Source: Geopsychrobacteraceae bacterium (GTDB lineage Bacteria; Desulfobacterota; Desulfuromonadia; Desulfuromonadales; Geopsychrobacteraceae). From it: a stretch of 64,000 nt of DNA. The notes beneath the pieces are model-generated. The model was not told the DNA's origin. It worked only from the letters and a program-made list of their open reading frames with translations, and did not search any database. The stretch is from positions 1,152,001 to 1,216,000 of the forward strand of contig CAXXTB010000002.1 in the NCBI GenBank assembly GCA_963676795.2, in the 5' to 3' direction. This document shows positions 50,165 to 58,838 of this stretch, one piece after another. The first letter of the stretch is position 1. Every line of letters begins with the position of its first letter. A program made the position numbers and the translations under genes.

Positions 50165-50780
50165 GTCAGGTCAGAGAGACGGGGTGATTTTCGTTGTCTC
50201 CGCACCTTCGGGGGCGGGCAAGACTTCCCTGTGCCGTGAGTTGATCGCCAAGGTTGACAACCTGAAGCAGTCGGTCTCCTATGCGACCCGAGCGATCCGG
50301 GATGGTGAAACCGACGGGGTCGACTATCATTTCGTTGCTCAGCAGTCTTTTCGTGAGATGGTGCTGTGTAATCAGTTTGCCGAATGGGCCGAGGTGCATG
50401 GTAATCTTTACGGAACTGCACTGTCGACTCTGGAGGATGCCGAAGCCACTGGTGTCGACCTGCTGCTCGATATCGATTGTCAGGGGGCTGCCCAGCTGAA
50501 GAGAAATTATCAGAAGGCTGTCTTTATATTTATTCTGCCTCCAGATTATGCTACTTTAAGAAAACGTCTCTACGGGCGGGGCACAGACAGCGAAGAGGTC
50601 ATCGTCCGCCGCCTGGATAATGCCAGAGGTGAGATCGAAGAAGCGTCCTGGTATGATTATCTGATCATCAACGATGATTTTCAGGTTGCTTTGGAAGAGA
50701 TAAAATCTATTATTGTCGCGGAGCGTTGTCGTACCTCGCGTTCCCGCAGAATTTTGCAGAATTTTACCGAAGGAGAATAG
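50157..50780 (+). CDS. gmk: guanylate kinase
   Basis: SAPSGAGKTS, GVDYHF, GNLYGT, DIDCQGA; probable TTG start overlapping the yicC stop. Confidence 0.95.
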   Translation: MSKSGQRDGVIFVVSAPSGAGKTSLCRELIAKVDNLKQSVSYATRAIRDGETDGVDYHFVAQQSFREMVLCNQFAEWAEVHGNLYGTALSTLEDAEATGVDLLLDIDCQGAAQLKRNYQKAVFIFILPPDYATLRKRLYGRGTDSEEVIVRRLDNARGEIEEASWYDYLIINDDFQVALEEIKSIIVAERCRTSRSRRILQNFTEGE

Positions 50781-50783
50781 TGT

Positions 50784-50990
50784 ATGGCTCGCGTTACCGT
50801 TGAAGATTGTCTCGAAGTTATCCCCAATCGTTTTCTGCTGGCGATGGTTGCCGCAAAGCGTTCCAAGCAGCTCTACAAGGGCGCAGAACCGCTGATCGAT
50901 AATAAGGCCGGAAACAAGAAGGTTGTTGTCGCCCTGCGTGAGATTGCAGCGGACAAGGTCGGTTTTGAGATCCCACAGCGTCGCCGTTAA
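50784..50990 (+). CDS. rpoZ: RNA polymerase omega subunit
   Basis: [10 protein letters not shown]...NRF...AAKR...ALREIA. Confidence 0.96.
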   Translation: MARVTVEDCLEVIPNRFLLAMVAAKRSKQLYKGAEPLIDNKAGNKKVVVALREIAADKVGFEIPQRRR

Positions 50991-51004
50991 GTTTATCAGT
51001 TTTG

Positions 51005-51046
51005 ATATTCCGCAGTCGGCAGCTTGTTTTACTGACTGCGGAATAT
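51005..51046 (+). other. perfect 13-bp stem-loop between rpoZ and rel
   Basis: ATATTCCGCAGTC (51005-51017) / GACTGCGGAATAT (51034-51046). Confidence 0.7.
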
Positions 51047-51072
51047 GATCCCGGGAGCTTGTCCGGCCCATC

Positions 51073-53220
51073 ATGATGACAATCAATTCGATTCACGATG
51101 AGATAGGTTCTCAACTCTCTTCTCATGATAGCGACCTGCTGCGCAGGGCGGAAGATCTCTGTACCGAGTATCTTTCCGGCTCTGCAGATGCGGGCAGGCA
51201 GCGTATATCTCACGCACTTGAGGTTGCGTCGATTCTGGCGCGCCTGAAAGTCGATACCTCCACAATCATCGTCGGACTCTTGCACGAAGCGATAGAGTTC
51301 GGTATGCCCGCTGAGCTGATCTCTGCAGAGTTCGGTGCTGATGTGCTGCATCTGATCGAAACGGGGAACAAGATCCGCAGTATTCCCTATCGTCAGAACA
51401 ATCGTCAGCAGGTCGAGAGCTTCCGCAAGATGTTTGTCGCCATGGCCCGTGATCTGCGGGTTATTCTGGTCCATCTGGCTGATCGTTTAAGCGAAATGCG
51501 GGCTATTGCAACGCTTGAGGAAGAGAAGAGGGGCCCATATTCCAGGGAAACCCTCGAGATCTATGCCCCTTTGGCCAATCGTCTCGGTTTGAGCTGGCTA
51601 AAGAGCGAGCTGGAAGACCTCTCCCTGGAAGTCCTGGAGCCGGAGAAGTACGCGGAGCTCGCCGGACGCATCACAGCCAGGCGCGAAGAGCGCAGCGAGT
51701 ATGTCGGTAAGGTCATTCAGCAGATTCGGGAGCTTTTGAATGAAAATCAGCTTCAGGGGGATGTGACCGGCCGTTACAAGCACTTCTACTCGGTCTTTCG
51801 CAAGATGAAGCGCACCGGCTCGGGGCTGGATGAGATTTATGACCTGATGGCGTTTCGGGTTCTGGTCGATTCGGTGCGTGAGTGCTACGAGGTGCTTGGT
51901 CTGGTGCACGCCAGGTGGAAGCCGATCCCGGGACGTTTCAAGGACTACATCGCCATGCCCAAGGCGAATATGTACCAGTCGCTGCACACGACCGTCATAG
52001 GCCCCTTTGGCGAGCCGATAGAGGTCCAGATCCGGACCTTTGAGATGCACAGGATCGCTGAAGAGGGGGTTGCTGCTCACTGGAAATACAAAGAGGGTGG
52101 ACCGGTGATGGTCAGCGGCAGAGATGATCAGCGCTTTAACTGGCTGCGCCAGGTCATGGAGTGGCAGCAGGACGTCAGTTCCGGCGGCAACGACAGGTCC
52201 TCGACCATCGACCTGTTTCCCGAAGAGGTCTACGTCTTCACCCCTGGTGGCGACGTCAAGGAACTGCCGAGCGGATCGTCGCCCGTCGATTTTGCTTACG
52301 CGATCCATACCGAGTTGGGGCGGCAGTGCGTCGGTGCACGCATCAACGGTAAGCTCTGTCCACTGCGGACGGAATTGAAGAATGGTGATATCGTCGAGGT
52401 TCTGACCTCGGCCTCACAGAAGCCGAGCAAGGACTGGCTGTCGTTTGTTAAAACCTCCAAGGCACGGAACAAGATCCGCCAGCTGATCAAGGCCGAACAG
52501 CGCGAGAAGAGTATCGAGATCGGCCGGGAGCTGGTCGAAAAAGAGCTGCGCAAGCATCAGTACAGTCTGAAGCGGGCCATGGCCCTGGCTTCGTTTGATC
52601 AGGCCGTTTCCGAGCTGGGGTTCGTCCAGGGAGATGACCTTTTCGCGGCGGTCGGTTACGGCAAGCTTTCGGCCGGGCAGATCGTTTCCCATGTCCTTCC
52701 CCGCGAAGAGATGAAGGTGCAGGCGGCTAAGACCGGTACCTTTGGTAAGGTTCTGGAGAAGTTTGGACGCAAGAAGAATCAGAGTGCCATCCTGATCGGC
52801 GGCATCGACAATGTCATGGTCCGTTTTGCCAATTGCTGCAATCCGCTGCCTGGTGAGCCGGTCACCGGTTTTATTACGCGTGGGCGAGGCCTGACGGTGC
52901 ATGCGGTAAACTGTCCCCAGGTGTTGGCCAGTGATCCTGACCGGCGTGTCGATGTCTCCTGGGATATGCAGAAAAAGACTTCACGTCCGGTCAAGATTCA
53001 GGTGGTCTGCGCGGATCAGAAGGGGATGCTGGTTGGTATTTCGGGGGCGATCAGTAACGCCGATGCCAATATCGCCAGTGCCACGGTCCATTCGAGCGGT
53101 GACAAGAAGGGGACGAACCTGTTTGAGGTGGATGTCGAGAACCTCGAACATCTCAACCGGGTTATTCGGGAGATTAAAAAAGTCAAAGGGGTCATCCGGG
53201 TTGACCGGGTGCGGAATTAG
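51073..53220 (+). CDS. rel: long RelA/SpoT homolog, (p)ppGpp synthetase with degenerate HD hydrolase domain
   Basis: Synthetase GRYKHFYS, DLMAFR, RFKDYIA, YQSLHT, EVQIRT; TGS, ZFD (CCNP...HAVNC) and ACT domains present; HD site reads LLHEAIEF. Confidence 0.93.
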   Translation: MMTINSIHDEIGSQLSSHDSDLLRRAEDLCTEYLSGSADAGRQRISHALEVASILARLKVDTSTIIVGLLHEAIEFGMPAELISAEFGADVLHLIETGNKIRSIPYRQNNRQQVESFRKMFVAMARDLRVILVHLADRLSEMRAIATLEEEKRGPYSRETLEIYAPLANRLGLSWLKSELEDLSLEVLEPEKYAELAGRITARREERSEYVGKVIQQIRELLNENQLQGDVTGRYKHFYSVFRKMKRTGSGLDEIYDLMAFRVLVDSVRECYEVLGLVHARWKPIPGRFKDYIAMPKANMYQSLHTTVIGPFGEPIEVQIRTFEMHRIAEEGVAAHWKYKEGGPVMVSGRDDQRFNWLRQVMEWQQDVSSGGNDRSSTIDLFPEEVYVFTPGGDVKELPSGSSPVDFAYAIHTELGRQCVGARINGKLCPLRTELKNGDIVEVLTSASQKPSKDWLSFVKTSKARNKIRQLIKAEQREKSIEIGRELVEKELRKHQYSLKRAMALASFDQAVSELGFVQGDDLFAAVGYGKLSAGQIVSHVLPREEMKVQAAKTGTFGKVLEKFGRKKNQSAILIGGIDNVMVRFANCCNPLPGEPVTGFITRGRGLTVHAVNCPQVLASDPDRRVDVSWDMQKKTSRPVKIQVVCADQKGMLVGISGAISNADANIASATVHSSGDKKGTNLFEVDVENLEHLNRVIREIKKVKGVIRVDRVRN

Positions 53221-53363
53221 TTTCCATCCGAAAACGGCCCTTTTTCGCCGTGGCGGCGTCAATCTGCGGGCTCGCTTGTGCGGCGTAAAGGACTACGCCT
53301 CCGCGCGACCCCTTGATTTCCTTGCCACAGCGAAAAATTACTCGTTTTCGATCTGAAAACCTA
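53218..53363. repeat. long imperfect palindromic element (MITE/REP-like)
   Basis: Nested inverted arms CGAAAACG/CGTTTTCG, TTTTTCGCCGTGGC/GCCACAGCGAAAAA, AATC/GATT, GGCGTA/TACGCC. Confidence 0.7.
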
Positions 53364-53417
53364 CAAACTTCTCTCTGGAGTTTTCGCGTGGCAGCTAATG
53401 GAGTGAAAGGATGAACT

Positions 53418-53801
53418 ATGGCAATCTATGAAATAGCAACAGAAGCGGCGCCAGCTGCGATTGGCCCGTATTCCCAGGCGGTAAGGGCAGGAGAATATCT
53501 GTTCTGCTCCGGGCAGATTCCGCTCGATCCAGAAACCGGAGAGTTGGTGGCCGGGGGGATCAGTGAGCAGACCAGGCAGGTTCTGGAGAATCTTCAGGTG
53601 GTTCTTGCGGCTGCGGGTAAAGATTTTTCAGCGGTTGCCAAGACAACGATTTTTCTCGCCGACCTCGCTCATTTCAGCGTGGTCAATGCCATCTATGCCG
53701 AGTATTTCAGAAAACCGGCTCCGGCACGCGCGACGGTTCAGGTGGCGGCGCTGCCCAAGGAGGCGTTGGTTGAGATAGAGATGATTGCATATCTTGGTTA
53801 G
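53418..53801 (+). CDS. ridA: RidA/YjgF family enamine deaminase
   Basis: APAAIGPYSQA, SGQIPLDP, PARATVQVAALP, VEIE. Confidence 0.93.
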   Translation: MAIYEIATEAAPAAIGPYSQAVRAGEYLFCSGQIPLDPETGELVAGGISEQTRQVLENLQVVLAAAGKDFSAVAKTTIFLADLAHFSVVNAIYAEYFRKPAPARATVQVAALPKEALVEIEMIAYLG

Positions 53802-53828
53802 ATATCTGAGATGCGGTATGCAGGAACG

Positions 53829-53866
53829 ACAAAAAGGGATGGCCACTAACGGTCATCCCTTTTTGT
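53829..53866. terminator. bidirectional intrinsic terminator between ridA and rpmB
   Basis: ACAAAAAGGGATGGCC-actaac-GGTCATCCCTTTTTGT, with A and T tracts on either side. Confidence 0.85.
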
Positions 53867-53890
53867 TAAATTCTTGCTGTCTGCTGTGGC

Positions 53891-54082
53891 TCAGACGACT
53901 TTGTCGACCTTGTTGGCGCGAATGCAGCGGGTGCAAACCTTCATGGTCTTGATAGATCCGTTGTGGCGTGCACGAACTTTCTGCAGGTTCGGGCTCCAGA
54001 TGGTTCTGGTCTTATTATGAGCGTGGCTGACATTGTTGCCGGACACAGGTTTTTTTCCACAGATTTCACATTGCTTGGACAT
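53891..54082 (-). CDS. rpmB: 50S ribosomal protein L28
   Basis: [10 protein letters not shown]...[11 protein letters not shown]...PNLQ...VCTRC; AGGAGG SD upstream. Confidence 0.96.
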   Translation of the reverse strand: MSKQCEICGKKPVSGNNVSHAHNKTRTIWSPNLQKVRARHNGSIKTMKVCTRCIRANKVDKVV

Positions 54083-54169
54083 TGCTCATTCCTCCTGTAA
54101 GTTTCGAACGCGCATTACTAGCACATTTGACGTGTTGATGCAAACATTTTGCGGATTGATCTGAAATAA

Positions 54170-54637
54170 TTACATAATGTCGTTTAATTGATCGTCGCCG
54201 ATGAGGGTCAGTCCTTCGCGCTCAAGCAGGGCGGCAGTGACGCCCATTCCATCGGTCAGTTGCTGGTTCAGGTAGATGCTGAGGGTCCCGCAAGACGGGC
54301 TGCGCTGTTGCAGGATTGCATGCCTGCAGCCGGTCAGTCGGGCGATTTTCAGTGCTTCTCCGGCCCCATGAACGAAGGCTGTGCCGACATTTTTGCCTTC
54401 TTCGCTGATCAGTTCTCCCTGCCCCTTGATGAGGGCTTTCCCGTCGCCGCAGGAAAACCAGCATTTAGGCCGCGGAGTCGTGAAGCCGGCCAGTTGCTCG
54501 GGGCAGACGGGGATTGGAATCAGGTTGTTGTCGTTGATAAAGTCGATAACCGTCTGCGAGTAATTGTCTGTGGCGTCGTAGCGGGCTTTGAGGCCAAGCA
54601 GACAGCAGCTGACGAGTACCGGACAGTCCTTCAGCAT
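54170..54637 (-). CDS. DUF523 / TudS-family (2-thiouracil desulfidase-like) Fe-S protein
   Basis: VSCCLLG...RYD, PVCPEQLAG..TPR, RSPSCG. Confidence 0.85.
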   Translation of the reverse strand: MLKDCPVLVSCCLLGLKARYDATDNYSQTVIDFINDNNLIPIPVCPEQLAGFTTPRPKCWFSCGDGKALIKGQGELISEEGKNVGTAFVHGAGEALKIARLTGCRHAILQQRSPSCGTLSIYLNQQLTDGMGVTAALLEREGLTLIGDDQLNDIM

Positions 54638-55305
54638 GATGGCACCTGTTGTGCTGGCGGATTTGTCAAGGCTGCCGTGTCTGCGGGCGCATCCAGGATG
54701 ATGACTCTGCGGCCTTCAAGTTTTACCCTGTTCTCAGCAAACCACTGGATGGACTGGGAGTAGATAATGTGCTCCTGGACCAGGATCCGGGTTGCCAGGG
54801 ATTCTTCATTGTCATCCTGTAGAACGGGGACGGCGGCCTGGCAGATGATCGGACCGCTGTCGACGCCTCCGTCGACAAAATGAACCGTACAGCCGGAGAA
54901 GCGGGCTCCGTATTCGAGTGCTTTGCGGTGAACATGGAGGCCGGGAAAAGCCGGAAGCAGCGACGGGTGGATATTGATAATTTTCTGCGGAAAGGCTTTC
55001 AGAAACGTATCGGAAATGATGCGCATGAAGCCGGCCAGCACGACAAGCTCAGTGCCGGCCTCTTGTAGTGCCGCAACCACAGTCCGGTCAAACTCCTGGC
55101 GCTCGGAAAACTTGCGATGATCGATGCAGAGCGCAGGAATTCCGTGCGCTTCTGCCCTGGTCAGGGCGCCTGCTCCCGGATTGTTGCAGAGGACCAGGCC
55201 GATTTCGGCGTGAAGTCGGCCGGTTTCGCAGTTGTCGATGATCGATTGCAGGTTTGTGCCGCCACCGGAGGCCAGAACAGCAATGCGTAGTTTCTTCATG
55301 CTCAT
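54631..55305 (-). CDS. purN: phosphoribosylglycinamide formyltransferase
   Basis: ASGGGTNLQ, LAGFMRI, NIHPSLLPAFPG, GCTVHFV..GVDSGPII. Confidence 0.97.
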   Translation of the reverse strand: MSMKKLRIAVLASGGGTNLQSIIDNCETGRLHAEIGLVLCNNPGAGALTRAEAHGIPALCIDHRKFSERQEFDRTVVAALQEAGTELVVLAGFMRIISDTFLKAFPQKIINIHPSLLPAFPGLHVHRKALEYGARFSGCTVHFVDGGVDSGPIICQAAVPVLQDDNEESLATRILVQEHIIYSQSIQWFAENRVKLEGRRVIILDAPADTAALTNPPAQQVPSC

Positions 55306-55312
55306 CCCGAGG

Positions 55313-56356
55313 TTAGATCAGTTCGACCATTGGTGAGTCGGAATGGCTGATTTCACCGATGACGTAGGCTTTTTCGCCGAGGCCGTGCAGGCGGTTGATG
55401 ATGTCTTCGGTGCTTGCGGCCGGGACAACCAGGATCAGGCCGATGCCGTAGTTGAAGGTCCGGTACATTTCCTCCTCGGGAATATTGCCCCCCTGTCTGA
55501 TCAGGTCGAAGATCGCGTGTTTTGGCCAGCTGTTACGTTCGATAACGGCCTTGCACTGCTTGGGCAGGACGCGGGGAATGTTTTCCAGGACGCCGCCACC
55601 GGTAATGTGGGCGATCCCCTTGATGTTGAAATCACGCATCAGGTTGAGCACGCTTTTGACATAGATTCTGGTCGGAGTAAGCAACTCCTCGCCGAGCGGT
55701 TTGTCGAGCCCATCCGGAATGGCGGAGAGATCGAGGTTCAGGGTTTCGAGCAGAATCTTCCGGGCCAGCGAATAGCCGTTTGAATGCAGGCCGTTCGAGG
55801 CGATACCGATGATCTTGTCGCCGTTGGTAATTGTCGAGCCGTCGATCAGTCGGTCGTCATCCACAACGCCGACCGCAAACCCGGCCAGATCATACTCGCC
55901 ATCGGAGTACATGCCCGGCATTTCGGCGGTCTCGCCGCCCAGCAGGGCGCAGCCGGCCTGTTTGCAGCCGTCGGTGATGCCTTTGACGACATCGACGGCT
56001 TTCTCCGGGCTGAGCTTACCGGTGGCAAAGTAGTCGAGAAAGAACAGGGGTTCAGCGCCCTGGACGATGATGTCGTTGACGCACATGGCAACCAGGTCGA
56101 TGCCGACGGTATCATGTTTGTCGAGCATGAAGGCGAGCTTCAGCTTGGTGCCGACACCGTCGGTCGCGGAGACCAGGGTCGGTTTCTTGTATTTACTGCT
56201 GTTCAGGGAAAACAGCCCCCCGAATCCACCGATGTCGGTCAGGACCTCCGGTCTGGATGTCTGTTTGACCAGCGGTTTGATCATGTCAACGAAGCGATTG
56301 CCTGCGTCGATATCAACACCCGCATCTTTGTATGTGATTGGTTTGTCGTTGCTCAA
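55313..56356 (-). CDS. purM: phosphoribosylaminoimidazole synthetase
   Basis: [37 protein letters not shown]; start set to TTG 56356 (AAGGAG upstream). Confidence 0.97.
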   Translation of the reverse strand: MSNDKPITYKDAGVDIDAGNRFVDMIKPLVKQTSRPEVLTDIGGFGGLFSLNSSKYKKPTLVSATDGVGTKLKLAFMLDKHDTVGIDLVAMCVNDIIVQGAEPLFFLDYFATGKLSPEKAVDVVKGITDGCKQAGCALLGGETAEMPGMYSDGEYDLAGFAVGVVDDDRLIDGSTITNGDKIIGIASNGLHSNGYSLARKILLETLNLDLSAIPDGLDKPLGEELLTPTRIYVKSVLNLMRDFNIKGIAHITGGGVLENIPRVLPKQCKAVIERNSWPKHAIFDLIRQGGNIPEEEMYRTFNYGIGLILVVPAASTEDIINRLHGLGEKAYVIGEISHSDSPMVELI

Positions 56357-56388
56357 AGTCGATCTCCTTGCCACTGAAAATGGACGGC

Positions 56389-56417
56389 ATTAGACCATCG
56401 CACAGAATCTATGTCAA
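56389..56417 (-). promoter_or_regulatory. candidate sigma70 promoter for purM-purN-DUF523
   Basis: Minus strand TTGACA-17bp-TCTAAT about 33 bp upstream of purM. Confidence 0.55.
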
Positions 56418-56551
56418 TTAGGTAAAATGAATTAATCGGGGAAAGTTATCTTTATCTATATCAAGCCGGTAAATTGTGTTATTTTCGGCGAACATTTCCG
56501 TGGCAAAGGTTCTGTTATTCTAGCACGAAATTTATAGAAGTTCTCAAAAAC

Positions 56552-57037
56552 ATGGTTAAAAAGTACGCCAGCATAAGAGCGGCAACCGCGCAGGATGTCC
56601 CGGCCATTGCAGCGATCGAGCAGATGTCCTATTCTCATCCCTGGTCCGCAGCGCAATTTTACAACGAGCTCGAAAATCAGGTGTCCTTCACCGATCTCTG
56701 TAGCGTCGATAATGAGGTTGCCGGATACCTCTGTGCCTGGATGGTTGTCGGTGAACTGGAGATTCTCAGGATTACCGTACGTAATGATTATAGACGCCTC
56801 GGCCTTGCTACCCAGCTTCTGGAGAATGCTTTCGTGCGTTTTGCCGGGCCGCAACTGCAGAGTGCCTGGCTGGAAGTGCGTGAAGACAATTATGCTGCTA
56901 TCGCTCTTTATGAGCAGCTTGGATTCACAGTCCAAGGGCGTCGCGAAAGCTACTATCCTGACGGTGAGGCAGCTCTGCTGATGGTCAGGCAATTTATGGA
57001 ATGTTACGATTTGGGAGTAGTGCATGAAAAATCTTAA
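56552..57037 (+). CDS. rimI: ribosomal protein S18 N-acetyltransferase (GNAT)
   Basis: IEQ...HPWS, RRLGLA, LEVREDNYAAIALYEQLGF...RESYY. Confidence 0.88.
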   Translation: MVKKYASIRAATAQDVPAIAAIEQMSYSHPWSAAQFYNELENQVSFTDLCSVDNEVAGYLCAWMVVGELEILRITVRNDYRRLGLATQLLENAFVRFAGPQLQSAWLEVREDNYAAIALYEQLGFTVQGRRESYYPDGEAALLMVRQFMECYDLGVVHEKS

Positions 57038-57881
57038 AACCGTTGTTCTGTCGAACCAGGAGATCTCGCCGGGTTATTTCCGGATGCGGATCCTGGCTCC
57101 GGACTATACGAAGATATCCAAGCCGGGTCAGTTTGTCATGTTCCGGGTTCAGCGTTCTATGCCACCGCTGTTGCGGCGCCCTTTCGGCATTTTCCGTACC
57201 GGCTTCATGCCGGCCGACTGCGAGACTATGCCGCCGAAGGAGTTCGTTGAGATTATTTACAAGGTCGTCGGTAGCGGTACGGAAATTATGCAGGGTTTGC
57301 AGCAGGGAGCGCAGGTCGAACTGCTCGGTCCACTGGGGCGCGGCTTTGAGGCTGGAGATCCAGCTGAGGAGAAGATCCTTGTCGGTGGCGGGATCGGGCT
57401 GGTACCGCTCTATATGCTGGCCGAGTCGCTGGTGGAAAAATCACAGGTCAGGTTGCTGATGGGCGGACGGACCCGTGACGACATTATCACCGTCACCGAA
57501 TTCGAGCGGCTCGGTGTTGAGACCTACGTGTCGACCGAAGACGGTAGTCTGGGAGAGCAGGGGCTGGTTACCAAGGTGCTTGAAACCCGTCTGGCCCAAA
57601 AGCCGAAGGCGACGATCTTTGCCTGCGGCCCGATGCCGATGCTGGAAGCGGTTCATCATATCTGCCAGGCCCACAAGATTCCGTTGCAGGTCTCCCTGGA
57701 GGCGTTGATGGCCTGTGGTGTCGGCGCCTGTCTCGGCTGTGTCGTCAAGGGCGCGGGACATACCGAAGAAAATCCAAGTTATCTCTGTACCTGTAAGACA
57801 GGCCCGGTTTTCAAATCCCATCTGATCGATTGGGGTAAAGCTGTTGCCAAGGAAAAAACTGAAACCGGAGGCTGTAAATGA
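57024..57881 (+). CDS. pyrK: dihydroorotate dehydrogenase electron transfer subunit
   Basis: PGQF, LLRRP, GPLGRGF, GGGIG, CGP, MACGVGACLGC...C. Confidence 0.93.
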   Translation: MKNLKTVVLSNQEISPGYFRMRILAPDYTKISKPGQFVMFRVQRSMPPLLRRPFGIFRTGFMPADCETMPPKEFVEIIYKVVGSGTEIMQGLQQGAQVELLGPLGRGFEAGDPAEEKILVGGGIGLVPLYMLAESLVEKSQVRLLMGGRTRDDIITVTEFERLGVETYVSTEDGSLGEQGLVTKVLETRLAQKPKATIFACGPMPMLEAVHHICQAHKIPLQVSLEALMACGVGACLGCVVKGAGHTEENPSYLCTCKTGPVFKSHLIDWGKAVAKEKTETGGCK

Positions 57882-58816
57882 TCAAGCGCAGAGAGAAAGT
57901 AGCCCGTCCCGACCTGTCTGTTGAGGTTTGCGGGATCAAGATGAAGAATCCGGTCATGCCGGCTTCGGGGACCTTCGGCTATGGCGAGGAGTATGCCCCC
58001 TATCTCGACCTGAACAATCTCGGGGCTATTGTCACCAAGGGACTGTCGCTCAATCCGAAGGCGGGGAATCCGACACCGCGGATCTGTGAAACGGTCAGCG
58101 GTATGCTCAATGCCATCGGTCTGCAGAATGTCGGTATCGATGTTTTTCTCAAGCACAAGATGCCATTTCTGGAGTCGTTTAATGCTCCGGTCATCGTTAA
58201 TTTTTTCGGCAATACCCTTGAGGAGTATGCTGAAGTTGCTGCCCGCCTGGATGCTATTCCGGGGGTTGCAGGTCTGGAGATGAATATCTCCTGTCCGAAC
58301 GTCAAGCATGGCGGCATCGTCTTCGGCACCGACCCGCAATCGGCGACCGATGTCATCAGTGCGGTGCGCAAGCGGACCAAAAAGCCGGTCATTGTCAAGC
58401 TGACCCCCAACGTGACCGATATCCGGGTCATGGCCAAGGCGGCTGAGGACGCCGGTGCCGATGCCCTGAGCCTGATCAATACGATTACCGGTATGTCCGT
58501 GGATATCAGAAAGCGTAAGCCGAGACTGGCCAATACCATCGGTGGCCTGTCGGGGCCGGCCATCCGCCCGATTGCTGTGCGCCTGACCCATCAGGTTGTG
58601 CAGGCGGTCAAGATTCCGGTTATCGGTATCGGTGGCATCGCCTGTGCGGAAGATGCTCTGGAATTTCTGATTGTCGGAGCCACGGCCGTGCAGGTTGGTA
58701 CCGCCAATTTCGTCGATCCGACAGCGATGGAGAAAATTGTTTCCGGCCTGGAGGATTTCTGTATTGAACAGGGGATTGCCGATATCAAGGAACTGATCGG
58801 GACTCTGGAGGTCTGA
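57878..58816 (+). CDS. pyrD: dihydroorotate dehydrogenase class 1B catalytic subunit
   Basis: ASGTFGYG, NAIGLQN, NISCPNV, KLTPNV, GGLSGPAI. Confidence 0.96.
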   Translation: MIKRREKVARPDLSVEVCGIKMKNPVMPASGTFGYGEEYAPYLDLNNLGAIVTKGLSLNPKAGNPTPRICETVSGMLNAIGLQNVGIDVFLKHKMPFLESFNAPVIVNFFGNTLEEYAEVAARLDAIPGVAGLEMNISCPNVKHGGIVFGTDPQSATDVISAVRKRTKKPVIVKLTPNVTDIRVMAKAAEDAGADALSLINTITGMSVDIRKRKPRLANTIGGLSGPAIRPIAVRLTHQVVQAVKIPVIGIGGIACAEDALEFLIVGATAVQVGTANFVDPTAMEKIVSGLEDFCIEQGIADIKELIGTLEV

Positions 58817-58838
58817 TCTGGGAGTCGTTGAGGGATCG

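Noticed and set aside
55656..56417. Perfect 15-bp inverted repeat TTGACATAGATTCTG (55656-55670 and 56403-56417), suggestive of an invertible segment
   Set aside because: One copy encodes the conserved PurM TRIYVK motif and the other is the putative -35 region. A few 15-mer matches are expected by chance in 64 kb, no recombinase is nearby, and inversion would break purM.
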